From Flaccisagitta enflata (taxonomy: Eukaryota): a DNA stretch of 64,000 nt. The notes under the pieces are model-generated. The model searched no databases. It had not been told where the DNA came from and saw only the letters and a list, made by a program, of their open reading frames with translations. Positions 14,503-63,718 of this stretch are shown here, piece after piece; within the stretch, counting starts at the first letter, position 1; each line of letters begins with the position of its first letter. The translations under genes were made by a program, and so were the position numbers. Location of the stretch: NCBI GenBank assembly GCA_965153355.1, contig OZ231126.1, positions 19,530,001 through 19,594,000 on the forward strand. Reading direction: 5' to 3'.

Positions 14503-15348
14503 TACTGAGAGACAGAAAGAAAGACAATCAGAATTAAAACCAGAAGAGAGGGAGAGAGAGGAAAGGTAACCGGAAATGTTGGTGGCGGAAATGCGAATTT
14601 CTCATCTTTGAATCCTCATCAGTCGCAGTGACTCATCTCGATACCAAAGTTCGACCAAGTGCGGCGTCGTCGAGCTGAGTAGTGACTAGTACCTCTGTAT
14701 CCGTTACTTCTCATCCTTCTTAATTCTTTGTCCGTTAGCTCTCAAGATTTTCAAGTTCTTCATTTCCCTTCGGTTGGTTGTAATTTTTTTCCTCTTCTTC
14801 CTTTTCTTTGGGTAACTTCCGGATTTCGTGTCTGATCAAAATGCTCGTCGATCACATTTTGAGGGATCGAGTCAGCAGCCACGCCGTTTGGTCAAAGGTT
14901 TTCAGCAACGCGACTCTAGAACTCACTTTGTCCGTCCGTCCGTCCGTCCGTCCGCGACTGACATAAGTCTTGTATCCGGCGTTGTTGATATCTTTGTTTT
15001 TGTTCTGTTTGTTTTGTTTTTTTCGGCTTCGCTTGGATCGGAAAGAGCATGAGACCAAAGTCCATCTCTCAATAAACGTTCTTCGCGAAGGTCATAGGAA
15101 ATGATTTAATCAATAAAACGTTATAAGTCATTTTAATTCGAATTCATTATTCATGATAATGACTATTTTGATTTATGACTTTATGACTACTAATCATTGA
15201 TTTATCAAACGCACGTTTTCAAAATAGTTATCAGTATCAATAACTACATCATTATCTCCGAATTTATCGTCATCAGCATCATCATCATCGTCAGCGTCAG
15301 CGTCCTTATCATAATCATTATCATCATTATCATCATCACTGCCACCAC

Positions 15349-15381
<33 letters not shown>

Positions 15382-16367
15382 TATCATCATCATTATCACC
15401 AATGATCTACGACATCGCATTAATTGCCGTAAAGCTGATCATCATCATCCTTAGCGTCATAGTCATCACCATCATTACTACCATCATCATCATCATCATC
15501 ATCGTCATCACCATCATCATCACCATCATCATCTCTCTGGTCGACATTTTCCGAATTCATCGAATAAAAAAGTGATAGAAAATGAAAATGAAACTTGTGT
15601 TTTTGTTACCGAATCCGAGTTCATTCTCGATCGCTGCAGAACCAAAAACCAACAAGAGAAAAAAGAATGAAAGAAAATATATTGTTTTTTTTTCTCGAAC
15701 TTTTTTTTGTTTCATTTGCAACCTCGCGCAACTTTTAGCGGCCATGTGCGTCTATCCTTTGGTCACTTTTAGGGTTGCCCGTCTATTGCTAGTCTGTTCT
15801 CCTCCCTCGCTTGAATCCTAATTCGCCCAATCTTATTAATCAGGATCAAATCAAACCATGGTACCGTTTATAATGAAAAACATTCTTTTCACTAAATAAA
15901 AAACTTAGTGCATGCTAGGACGCGACGATGCAACCCGGGGTGCTTGTTTCCTTTTTCTCGATTTTCTTTAACATTGAGAATCGTGAACATTGAACAAGTC
16001 TATTTGACGAAATCCGTGTGACATTCAATCCATCTAAGATTTACACAAAAAGAGGAAAAAGTGGAAACTGAGGAAGTGTGGATTTTTTTTTGTTCTATGT
16101 AAGCATAGATTAAACAAATTTTGAGTAATTTTTTTTTCTTTTGTTACGATAACATTCACACGATCTATTCAATATCCTTCTTGGGCTACGTAATTCAATT
16201 TTACACATAGAGCCCATTGATTATCTGATTTGCATCCGTCTGTCACACAACGTGTCACTTCATCTTTCTGTAGGTCTATTCGTTTGTTTTTTTTTGTCCT
16301 CCCTCTCTGTTTCTGCCTGCTTTTCTGTCCATATGTCTATCTGATTATTTATCTATCTGCCTGTCTA

Positions 16368-16405
<38 letters not shown>

Positions 16406-16739
16406 CGCGCTGCGTCATTCTGGCCTTTCTTCCCCTTTATGCCGGACCAGCTCACATGTAATTCTTTCCCTTTCCCCTTTACATTTTCTTATCTCCCTCT
16501 CTCACTCCCTCATTCCCTTTTTTCCCTCCGTCACAACGGCCTAAAAACAAAAAAGAAAAACCTCAACTCTTTAAATGTTGTAACCGATTCAAAACCCCAG
16601 AAACAATCGCAATTGCAATGTTGTTGTTGCCGGCAATCGAAAGAAAGAGAAAACAACCAACTCGGGAAACAACGGAAAATCAAAGTATGACATTTTCTCA
16701 AACGAAACGACGACGGCTTCAACAACAACAACAACAACC

Positions 16740-16821
<82 letters not shown>

Positions 16822-17052
16822 GAGAGACCGCAGACAGGAGTGTCCCAGCATTTGAAAACTACATCTGACTCCATGAATATGGCAAAGACTTCTTTACTTC
16901 AACGACCATCGCGCAATTTGACCGTTGGATTTTCTTCATACATCAGATCGGAAGAATGGAAAAGCTCCAGCATTCCTCAAAAACGCTCAAAAAGACTCAC
17001 TGCAACTCAACCTAATAATCGCATGCTTCTCACCTCCGCGACGCATTCTAAC

Positions 17053-23135
<6,083 letters not shown>

Positions 23136-23358
23136 GGCTTGCAAAGTATCGGCGGGGCGAAGGAAAGAAGAAGAAGAAAAAGAAAAAAGAAAAAGAAAAA
23201 GAGGAAGAAAAAAGAAAAAGAAAAAGAAGAAGAAGAAGAAGAAGAAAAAGAAAAAGAAAAAGAAAAAGAAAAAGAAAAAGAAAATGAAAATGAAAAAGAA
23301 AAAGAAAAAGAAAAAGAAAAAGAAAAAGAAAAAGAAAAAGAAAATGAAAATGAAAATG

Positions 23359-23508
23359 AACAAGGCCGTATACACGGCAGCATTAGTCGCGGACGGGTGG
23401 GCAGGAGCGGAAAACCTCAAAAAGTGACTTTGCAACGGACCGACCGACCGACGGACCGACCGACCGACCGACAAAGTGGCTTATAGAGTCGCGTGTCCGC
23501 GACTAAAA
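23359..23508 (-). mobile_element. HINE-like element downstream of the protease stop codon
   Basis: ACAAGGCCGTATACACGGC ... (GACC)n ... AGTCGCGTGTCCGCGACTAAAA. Confidence 0.7.
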
Positions 23509-24496
23509 AGAGGAAAAAGAAGAGGAAGAAGAAGACGATGAAGAAGAAGAAGAAGAAGAAGAAGGAGAAGAGGAAGAAGAAGAAGAAGAAGAAGAAGAAG
23601 AAGAAGAAGAAGAAGAAGAAGAAGAAGAAGAAGAAGAAGAAGAAGAAGAAGAAGAAGAAGAATTTGATTTAATGTCCAAAATAACACGTCAAAGACTAGG
23701 ACATGACAAAAGTCACGAATTAATGAATTTCGCTTCAGCACTACCTCAAAGGTTCCATCTCTAAATAACAATCAACATACTACTTTTTAGTAAGAAACGC
23801 CCCGAGCCCACAACCTACATCTACAGAGAACACCTACGTTTACGCTAACCATCTCTATCATTTGCCGAAGAAGAAGAAAAAGAAAAAGAAAAAGAAAAAG
23901 AAAAAGAAAAAGAAAAAGAAAAAGAAGATTAAGAAAAAGAAGAAGAAGAAGAAGAAGAAGAAGAAGAAGAAGAAGAAGAAGAAGAAGAAGAAGAAGAAGA
24001 AGAAGAAGAAGAAAAAAAATAGGAAAGAGAAAAAAAGAAGAAAAAAATAAAAGAAGAAGAAGAAGAAACAGAGGAAGAAGAAGAAAACAAATAGAAAGAT
24101 GAAGAAGAAGAAACAGAGGAAGAAGAAGAAGTAGAAAAAGAAGAAGAAGAAGAAGAAGAAGAAGAAGAAGAAGAAGAAGAAGAAGAAGAAGAAGAAGAAG
24201 AAGAAGAAGAAGAAGAGGATAACGATGATGGTTCTGCCGCTTATTTGGAATGTTTTTATTTTTTCATTAAGTTTATTTCAACTCTTGAAAAATAGCTTAT
24301 TACGATCAGCTTTGTATTGTACAATTATCTCGCTTCTGGTCCCCAGCTATTTTCCCCTGTGATACAATCACTGATACATGTTTTTATGTTTTTTTTTTTA
24401 ATGAAGCAATGTTGTCCCAAGTCATGTTGTTCAAACTAAATTCTATTTGCTTGTTTTTCTACTGTAAATTTGTGAAACCAATTTTATAAAAGTGTG

Positions 24497-24502
24497 AATA
24501 AA
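24497..24502 (+). terminator. Candidate polyadenylation signal of the protease gene
   Basis: AATAAA after a U-rich 3' region, just upstream of the NACA promoter. Confidence 0.35.
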
Positions 24503-24738
24503 CCATCCTCGATCATTCTTATTCATTTTAATGCCGCTAATATATGAGGTGCGTGGCAAGGGGTGTGGACTGGGGTTGGTTGTGTACCCCTGCCCACCCG
24601 AAACCCCGCGCTACTTGTCTCTTCAGCTCTTCCATCCATTTAAAATTTTTCTTGTTTCTTTTTTTTTTCTTTCTTTCTTTTTTTAGATGCGCCAACGCAT
24701 AATTGACTGTGTCCGTCGGTTGCTTTGTTTTCTTTCTG

Positions 24739-24826
<88 letters not shown>

Positions 24827-24959
24827 TCGTGCCTATTCCATCTTTTTACATGATGACACATTATTCTGATTTCAAGAAAAACCATTAACGAGTTCCTACA
24901 TTGTAAATAAGTCGTGACTCATAAGTCATAAAGGACGATTCGGATAGGGACTGAGGAAA

Positions 24960-25161
24960 CCCAATGCACGTCCGTAAACCTCCGTACACGTCCGTACCCG
25001 CGTACCGTGCACGCACGCCCACACGCGTACGTGCACGCAGCGCGAGTTGCGTGTATATTGATCTTTTGTTTCCTTGTTAAAGATCTCTCCCTCACAACTC
25101 ACCCTAGCGATTCAGTAGGAAACTACACACACGCGGTACTACGCCAGAGAACTGTCGCCCG
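24960..25161 (+). promoter_or_regulatory. CpG-rich NACA promoter with a pyrimidine-rich (TCT/TOP-like) start and a non-coding first exon
   Basis: CG-rich CGTAC/CACGC repeats followed by TCTTTTGTTTCC at about 25062. Strong donor G|GTAAGT at 25161/25162. Acceptor TTTGCAG ends at 26134, just before the NACA ATG. Confidence 0.5.
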
Positions 25162-26135
25162 GTAAGTTTATTACTATTTTTGTATTTTTCTCGTTTTTAT
25201 TTGCTTTTTAAGCTCTGTGATACGTCATATCTCTTTCGTTTAATGACAACCGACCGCGGTCAAGCCCCTATGTGTAAATTTTCAGCCTTCGGAGACTGTA
25301 ATTGGAGTTTTCTTTTGTGACCGTTTCTGGCCAAACCCAAGCACAATTTACCGTCCCCCCCCCCCTTCCGTTTACCTATGTGTAAATTAGAAGTGATCTG
25401 TAGAGCCAACTAAGACAGGATTGACACGAACAGGTAGTACGTACGTAAAGGCAAAAACCAAAATGATAGGGAGGGATGAAAAATAGAGTAAATCCACTCT
25501 AGCTTCATTGCATTTTCATGATTTCATCTCGTCTGTTGGAAACCGTTTGCTAATTTTACTTTTCAACAAGGCCATGACATGCGGCCACTTCGTATGATTA
25601 GCCTTTGATTCCTCTCCCCCCCCCCCCTTTGATTTTCTTGTTCGCAGAGCAGCCCGCCACGTTACACAATCAATGATTTTCCGCCCCAGTCTCAAGTAGT
25701 GTCAAATTGTGTCTACTAATTATATTCAATGTTTTAATACCACCAAAAGTATTTATTTTCTCAAATATTTTTAGTCGCGTGAACGCGACTCTAGAAGCCG
25801 CTATGTCGGTCGGTCGGTCGGTCGGTAACGTAACACAACATTTTTGAAATAAAGCTTCAATCTTCATTTTAAAGGTACTTTAGTGTACATTAGGGTACCT
25901 GAGGGTACTTTAGGGTACTTTGGTATTAAGATAGGTATTTTTGATTACCTTAAGTACCTTAAGTACCTTAAGTACCTTAGATACCACGCGAGTAAGGTTT
26001 GTTGACCTTGTTTCTCTCTCCCTTATTTCTCCCGTCAGTTTAGCACTTTCCAAACCCTTTTGACGGGAGGGGGGGACTCAACTATGTACATCCCTGTTTT
26101 CATGACTAACCCGCAGCCCTGTCTTCATTTGCAGA

Positions 26136-28976
<2,841 letters not shown>

Positions 28977-29573
28977 TCGCCCTCCGCCTCCTCCGCGCGT
29001 CGATGTTGGATTACACATCGTCGTCACGTGATAACCCGCTCGCTGGCGAGAGTCTTCATTGAAATGGCATCCATTTTTGGGACTTGCTCTATTCTTCATA
29101 AGTTCATTCTGTCTGCTCGTCTCACGATCGCTCTGTCATTCGTTCTTCCCTCTTTTTATTCATCTAGCCCCATCGACCGATCGCCTTACAAAAAGACACG
29201 CTTCATCAACTCGCCATGTCTCGTGGGTTCCCTCTCTGGTCGAAGAAGAGGAGGGGGTGGAGGGTATTTCAAAAACAGTGGTTTCCTCAGTCTTTGGATA
29301 CACGAACATAGAACTCTTTCAATCCTTGATTATTTGTATCTCTCGCCGTATGTATTCGCTCTCTCGGGATCTTGGTCCCCGGGATTGGGGTAAATGATTA
29401 TTTTGTTTGGCCCGACCTCGACCATATGTTCTGCGGTACGCGTTTGTTGTTTGTTTTCTTGGCTTGTTTTGTGCCAAATGCCGTGAGTTTTTATGAATGT
29501 CCACCTTTGAGCAATTGTTCGGAGCGTCGAATATTTAATTTTAAATCCAAGGAAGTAAATTTGTTTTCAAAAG

Positions 29574-30193
29574 TTATAATGACTGTGGATTCAGTACCAA
29601 TCTAAAAAGTCTGCAGTATATGTAGAACTGACCAGTCTCATAAAAGAAAGGAATCGTTAGCTCTGTCATTTCCTCCAATCTGACGAAGATTTTAATTGTC
29701 TCATAATGTTTTGTGTTGGTGTGTGTGTGTACACTGCTCTTGTGATTTTTGAATTGAACGATCAATCTGCTCCGTTCCCTCCTGTTCCTTTGCAGTTCCT
29801 GCAGCTTGATAGTCCTCTGTTTTTCTCCGATCAACTCTGAAGAGAAGGGATCGTAGAGGGAGCTTTCGACAATGAGCGTCGATGACCCTCGTCAAATTAG
29901 GTCGCCAGAATCTACTGTATTACCAGCTATTTTTTCCTCATCCTCTTGTGCTCTCACATGATCCCTTCGTTGAGTCAAGATTTCGTGACAGATCTGATGG
30001 CAAGAGTATGACAAGAATTTTGATGTAGGGAGAGAGACAAAAAAACAAGCATCTGATAAGGAACAGAGAGAATCGATCGCTTCTGTATGCGTTTTCCGCT
30101 GGATGCGTCAACCCTCTCTGTACAGGGTCCTAACTGCGTAACTGATGACTTTCTTGCCATCTTTTCGAAATTTGAAGTGGTAACTCGCCCCAT
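29574..30193 (-). CDS. Tentative small spliced gene or decayed gene with RPS17 (eS17)-like motifs
   Basis: Predicted exons 30193-30113, 29993-29924, 29836-29574 join in frame (137 aa). The acceptors have pyrimidine tracts but the first donor is weak. Peptide MGRVTTSNFEKMAR...TQLG...RICHEI...EKIA...IKLQELQRNRRER shares short colinear motifs with eS17 as recalled. Confidence 0.35.
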
Positions 30194-30306
30194 GGACTCT
30201 CCCTGAGTAAAAGCTCTCTACGTGCAAGTTGTTCTGATCGTAGTGACGGCGACGATCGCGGCCTTGTGGCTCGTGTGTAAGTGGACGCTAAAGTTGTCAC
30301 TTTTAA

Positions 30307-45022
<14,716 letters not shown>

Positions 45023-45290
45023 CCTTCTCGAGGATTAAAGTTGGATGTAAGTCGCCGCCGAATTTGACAAAGACGTTTTATCGCCGTCTCTACCACGACA
45101 CGCTTCGGCCTTATGATAAGGACGCGAATTTTGAAATTTGAATTTTTTTTTTACATTTTCCTTATTTTGATTTTCTTAACGTATTAACTCGTGGTGCGTA
45201 GCAAGTTTTTCATTTCCTCTTCATAACCTGAGGATTTCTAGACGTATCGCTTTCTTTCTTTCTTTCCCTCTCTCTCTCTCTCTCTTTCTT

Positions 45291-45385
<95 letters not shown>

Positions 45386-46410
45386 CTCTCTTCTTCATCT
45401 CCCCTACACCGTGCACACAGGCATTATTCCAGAATAACAGCCTCTTTATGCTACAAACGGCTTCTTGATCATGAAAGAAATCTATTTGTGATTTGTTTTG
45501 ATTTTCTTGTCGCGGATCTATCAACAGAAATCAATGCAGTTTTTAGACTTAGACGAAGAAGGTTTCGATAGATGCGTTGTCAAAGGGCATAGGATTTTGT
45601 GTGTTTTCTTGCATATGCGCTGACGAAATGATTACGATTCATTCGTTTCAGCACGAGACTCACTTCTAGCTGGATGTGATGTAGTTGTACGCAATGACAT
45701 TAAAAAGGAGCATTCATTGTTCCTAGGTGGTAATTCTTCCTTACTACAATGTGCTGTCCGACTCGTTATTTCAGCGATGTGGGTAGGAATCCCTTGCTCA
45801 TGAAATTCTTGCAGCATGGAATTGACAACAAATCATACCGACTTTTGCGCACCTCGACTGTTTTCGACTGTTTTACCATGAATGTCTCGCTTTCTTTCGT
45901 TTTTGTCCTTGATTGACAGTTTCGGTATTGCCCCGTAAATGGACAAGACCCCTAAATAAATCGTTTTTGCAATGAAATTGTTATTGAGATCCAGCCAATG
46001 CTACGTATCATTTTTAGTCCTTTCCCCCCTCTCCCCCTATCACCTTTATTGGCTACAGCCTACAAAGCCGCAGTAATGCTGGCACGGTATTTCGCAATAG
46101 AGCTCTGTATAAATTATGTAGTTTTTATTCGCCTTTTATTTCTCATGTCCTAGCTATGTGAAGCCTTACCGAGATCTTTGTTTTATCGCTACATTGGCCT
46201 TGATTATTTTTTACAAGCTAGCTGCTTTAGTTAGGGTCCATTTAATCATATAGATTCACGACAGTTTCCACAAATTTGAGCAGTTATATTCAACTTTTCA
46301 GCTCGGAACTTTTGAACTATGTGTGTGGATTGTTTAATCTTTGACAGAACACGTATGAAATTATGTACAGAACTATCAATTAACAGTATTTCTTTGCCGT
46401 TCTCTTGAGT

Positions 46411-49400
46411 TTAACTAAGTGCTGAAGTATAGATTCCTGCGCCAACAACGCCATCCCTGCCAATTTTGTCGCTGTGGGTGTGTTTGAAAGAGGCTTCTTT
46501 ATCTTTGGCGTTACGGAAGGTTTCCAAGGCCGCTGGGACGTGTGAGAATCTCTTCATCTGCCACAAGGGGCCAGGATCAACAGGCTCCACGAATGTGCGC
46601 AACTTTGTGGCATGGGTTTCGTAGTAACCTGGAAATTGGGTTGTTTTCAGCAGACATGAGTCGACGAATAAAAGGGTCTGAATCAGAAGGATGTTCCACC
46701 TGCGCTAGGTTCCTGAATCGTAATCAATGATTACCCTTTTTAGGAGCGATTTTCTGCCTGACGGATTGTTGCATCTCCTTGCGCATGAGTTCTCGCGCTT
46801 TGACTTCCTCCTTCCACGTTTTGGAGAATTTGTGTTCAAGCAGATCCCACATGGGAGTCGAAGGACGAGCCGATTGGCCAAACGTGTCATCTTTGGTAGC
46901 CGGGGCAGCGTTGGGTTTGTTGGTGGTGCGGACGTCATCTTCACTTTTCACCTGACGATTTATGTCGAGGGGGGAGGGAAGAAGGAGGAAAGGTGTAGAG
47001 ACCCTTTCCGGTAATCTTAGGGAATTCAATCCGGTGCACTTGTTTTTTCCCGTAAGGGCAAATCTTTAATTCAAGCGCACTCGAGTTAAAACATACAAAA
47101 CCAAGTCCACACCTTGCCCCTAACCTATCTATAACCCAACCCTATCCCTAACCCTAAAACCCACCCCAACCCTAACCCTAAAACATTACCTACGTAAAAA
47201 CACTTTAAAACAAAAGACAAGGATTGAAATCCCTAACATGACCCAATTTCCATGGTCACGTTATATTCTTGGGAAAAGTGATTAATTAACATTTTTCTAA
47301 AAAAAAAACATTTTCAGTGCATGTTACTGATTAACTTGTATTAAAAATCATTTATTTTTGCAAAATCGGTATGAAAACAAGGCCGGATACACGGCCGATA
47401 CCAGTTGCGGACGGGTGGGCAGGGGCGGAAAGGCGCATTTTCAGACATACCAACTCGAGCATTACGGACCAACGGACGGACGGACGGACGAAGCCTCAAG
47501 ATTATAGAGTTGCGTGTCTGCAACTAAAAATGAAAAAAAAAAAGTTTTTGTTTCTATACTTGTCTCGGGTGAAATTCTTAATCTGTCTCTGAATGCCAAA
47601 AAGATGCACTTTTAATAACATGGTTCTATTCTTACGACATATAAGAAAAGAGCCATGTACTTAGAAATGCAAATATTTGTATTCGGAGGTTAAGTAAGAA
47701 TTTCACGCCAAATAACTTCCCAAATTTAGTTCTCGTTTGCACCGCAACATTCCCCCCTGCTTGAACATTGACGTGTTTACCATTCTCACGCCTCACCTTT
47801 CTTCTTATGTCGTGCTTGGCTCTGAATTGGAATTGGTCTTTGGCGTTGACAATTCCGCGATTAACCGCTGCTTTGTTCAGTGCCATGAAATCTTTCTCAG
47901 CCACCGCCTTCAAGAATTCAAGAGATATTTGCGAAAATCGGTTGATATTTATAGATAACCAGATGGGGTTTTGCTTGGTTCGATCGGTCCTCCATACTGC
48001 TCTTAGGGAGGATGGAACCACAACGTCTAATCGTCCGCGTGAGGTGCATTTAATGATGCAGAAACGCTAGTTTGTGCTTGCTTCTTACAGATACTCAAAC
48101 TAGGAAAGACCTATTGTCACTTGCCTGCAATCTAGCCGTGATATCCTCTCTTCGTACAACGTTCCATTTGTGCATGCATTCAGAGACGCCGCCATCGTCG
48201 TCCGGATAGGGACGACCATATATGAAGGGTTCTGATATGGATTGTAAGGAAAATCAATTCGATGGCTCTACAACCAATTGAGGGTGTTATTCGGTATTGG
48301 TCAAGTTTCAGAACTGTGAAAGAATCGAACATTTTATCATGCTTGTTGACAGTCGCAATTGTATACCATCACCAGAAAGGCATAGTCTTACAAGATTGAA
48401 TGACAAATGAAAATTTGATTTGTTGACATTGCATTTTAGCATATTTGGTTATCTCGGACTAGCTAGCTATGCATATTCTTTTTTGTCCTCGACGATCAGT
48501 TTACGTCGAGGACTATAACATAGCCTTGATCGTGTAGTGAGTCGTTTGTCGTTTGTTGTTGTGTCAACCCTTAAAAACTTGAGAACCACAACTCAGATGT
48601 TGATGAAACTTGGTCAGTGTTATTTTTAGGGCATTACTAACCTGTGTACCAACTTTCAACAACATTCATAAATATTTAATACCCTTTGCCTATTATTTTT
48701 GTAGTAATATTAACTCCTGTAGTTGTGCAATTTACATAGGGGAAGGGTAGTAAAGGTTCACCAATGTTGTTCAAACTTGTTGTGAAGGTTTATTGCATCA
48801 ATTAAAGCTCCCCTGCAAGATTTCAGATAATTCTGAGTATTGGTTTTGAAGATATAAGGGTATTTTGCTAGTAATATTAATTCCTAGACTTGTGCAATTT
48901 ACATAGGGGAATGGTAGTAAAGGTTCACCAATGTTGTTCAAACTTGTTGTGAAGGTTCATTGCATCAATTAAAGCTCCCCTGCAAGATTTCAGTAAATTT
49001 TGAGTATTGGTTAAAAAAATATAAGGGTATTCATGATGTATCTAGTAACATTCTTGGACTTAAAGATTTGTTTTTTCAAATTTTTTTTTATTTTTTTTTG
49101 AAAAAATTTTTTCTTTTTTTTCAAATTTTTTTTTTTTTAATTTTTTTTTTGAAAAAAAATTTTTTTTTTGAAAATTTTTTTTTTTAAAAATTTTTTTTTT
49201 TTTTTTGAAAAAAAAGAAGTTTTTTTTTTGAAATTTTTTTTTTTTGAATTTTTTTTTTGAAAAATTTGAAAATTTTTTGTTATCTTTTTTATTGTTGGAT
49301 TATAAGGTATGCTTTCATGGACTTCAAGGAATGCCATCATGGGCTTCAAGGTATGCCATCATAGGCTGCAAGGTATGCCACCATGAACTTCAAGGTATGC

Positions 49401-50596
49401 CATCATGGACTTTAAGGTATGCAATCGGTAGCTGGGTCAGACTGAGTAGCCGGGTCAGACTAAGTAGCCGGGTCAGACTAAGTAGCCGGGTCAGACTGAG
49501 TAGCCGGGTCAGACTGAGTAGCCGGGTCCGACTGAGTAGCCGGGTCCGACTGAGTAGCCGGGTCCGACTGAGTAGCCGGGTCCGACTGAGTAGCCGGGTC
49601 CGACTGAGTAGCCGGGTCCGACTGAGTAGCCGGGTCCGACTGAGTAGCCGGGTCCGACTGAGTAGCCGGGTCCGACTGAGTAGCCGGGTCCGACTGAGTA
49701 GCCGGGTCCGACTGAGTAGCCGGGTCCGACTGAGTAGCCGGGTCAGACTGAGTAGCCGGTCCGACTGAGTAGCCGGGTCCGACTGAGTAGCCGGGTCCGA
49801 CTGAGTAGCCGGGTCCGACTGAGTAGCCGGGTCCGACTGAGTAGCCGGGTCCGACTGAGCAGCGGGTCCGACTGAGTAGCCGGGTCCGACTGAGTAGCCG
49901 GGTCCGACTGAGTAGCCGGGTCCGACTGAGTAGCCGGGTCCGACTGAGTAGCCGGGTCCGACTGAGTAGCCGGGTCCGACTGAGTAGCCGGGTCCGACTG
50001 AGTAGCCGGGTCCGACTGAGTAGCCGGGTCCGACTGAGTAGCCGGGTCGACTGAGTAGCCGGGTCCGACTGAGTAGCCGGTCCGACTGAGTAGCCGGTCC
50101 GACTGAGTAGCCGGGTCCGACTGAGTAGCCGGGTCCGACTGAGTAGCCGGGTCCGACTGAGTAGCCGGGTCCAACTGAGTAGCCGGGTCCGACTGAGTAG
50201 CCGGGTCCGACTGAGTAGCCGGGTCCGACTGAGTAGCCGGGTCAGACTGAGTAGCCGGGTCGGACACCAAATAGACTACAGTCGAGGACTGTTGTTTTTA
50301 AGCTTTTTTGCATATGCCTCGTTTCAGGCGTGGTACAGCAACATGCAACGGGCATCATTTTAGAAGAATGGCCCATGAGCCATGAGGGTACGTGATACCA
50401 ATGGCACAACTCATGTGAATCGTCAGCGGTGTGCACACATATCGAGTCTATCACCTTGTGGCAATGGATGGCCCCTCCTCTTGGCAGTTCCCATAGGGGC
50501 TTTGAGCAAAAGTTCATTTTGAATCATTGATGGTCTCACCGCCCCCAGGTGTATTCCATCTTCCCCGTCGATCGCCTTGGCTAATAAATTGGCCAT
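46411..50596 (-). CDS. CFAP77: Cilia- and flagella-associated protein 77
   Basis: Exons 50596-50455, 48231-48125, 47907-47797, 46951-46735, 46628-46411 give 264 aa. Motifs matching CFAP77 as recalled: HLGAVRPSMIQNELLLKAPMG, FIYG..DGGVSECMHKWNV, KDFMALNKAAVNRGIVNAKDQFQFRAKHDIR, TFGQSARPSTPMWDLLEHKF, YETHATKLR, LWQMKRF..LETF, GIYT. An in-frame stop lies just upstream of the ATG. Confidence 0.88.
47010..47243. mobile_element. Small MITE with telomere-like (CCCTAA) interior, Merlin-like
   Basis: TIRs GGTAATCTTAGGGAATTCAATCC / GGATTGAAATCCCTAACATGACC. Imperfect 8-bp flanks CCCTTTCC / CAATTTCC. Confidence 0.55.
47376..47530 (-). mobile_element. HINE-like element in a CFAP77 intron
   Basis: ACAAGGCCGGATACACGGCC ... 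(GACG)n ... AGTTGCGTGTCTGCAACTAAAA. Confidence 0.7.
48479..50309 (+). mobile_element. Helentron-like element (GTCCTCGAC subfamily) carrying an 18-bp minisatellite
   Basis: 5' hairpin GTCCTCGACG..CGTCGAGGAC, about 167-bp units (48795/48962), 3' AGTCGAGGACT..AAGCTTTT. A second copy begins at about 63719. Confidence 0.7.
49428..50262. repeat. 18-bp minisatellite (GACTGAGTAGCCGGGTCC)n, about 46 copies
   Basis: Directly visible homogeneous tandem array. Confidence 0.97.
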
Positions 50597-51379
50597 TTTA
50601 GCTTATTAGTTTCAGTTGTCATCCGAGTGTACAAGTTTTTGTTAGAGCCTTGTCAAATGTTTCTCTGTCGTCGCTAAGGAACTATCTTTCTCCGCTAATG
50701 ATAAGAAGAAACGCCAGCTGCGAAGCCGCTCCGCATCGACGGTAAACGAGCTGCCGCTGACCTTACCCTCTATGTTAAGCAGTTGCGCTGCGTTGGGATA
50801 ACCTAACCTTAGGTAAGTCAAGCGACTCAAGCAGTGTTAGGCCAACTCTATCCACTCGGGTGCGTTCAAGACGTTAATTACCATCTTTAGGTGAGGACTA
50901 CTAGAGCTCAGTTCGGTCTCGCGATGACGAGCGCGAGCGGATGATAGGCCGGACGAATAAAAAGTCTTAAGAAATAGAGGTTGAAGGACAGATTCGAGCA
51001 GATTTAAAGCACCAGTTTACTTTAGCTCGAACGAGAAGAAATATATGCATATCAGGCTGATTCTTGGATTACTCTGTTCAGCTCAAGTTAGTTCCTGGTT
51101 CTTTTTGTTCCTGCTTTCTGATTTCCCATTATTCGTTACTCGTTGCGGAAGGTGCTTATTCATCGCAACTAGGTCGGACTGCGAAGTAGATCCTTGATTC
51201 TCGATAATTCTGTTTAAAAACAGGTTTTGCTTCTTCCCTACTGGGTGGCTCAGTAGCGGATTTCGTGACACCGTACAGTTGATTGGATCATTCATGGATA
51301 TGATCTTGTTCATTGACATAGTTTATCGCAATAACGGCCAATGGCGCGTTTTGACTGAATTTTGTTGCGCGAAATAACG

Positions 51380-63573
<12,194 letters not shown>

Positions 63574-63718
63574 GTATGCAACTGTGATCTATAGCAGTTT
63601 CTACTTGAAAGCTCCCGGATATGTGTAATAATGGCTTTCTTCAGACAAAAAAGATTCTCATGCTTCTTAAGCTGGCCGCGGGTACCGCTGACCATGCACA
63701 ACTCATTGTATGTGACAT

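Noticed and set aside
49244-50270. (SSRVRL)n / (DPATQS)n ORFs and CRISPR-like appearance
   Set aside because: Head-to-tail 18-bp minisatellite with no unique spacers and no cas genes, in eukaryotic DNA.
51083-51319. Minus-strand ORF with NPLL, considered as CFAP77 exon 1
   Set aside because: The exon at 50596-50455 matches the family far better and has the correct splice phase.
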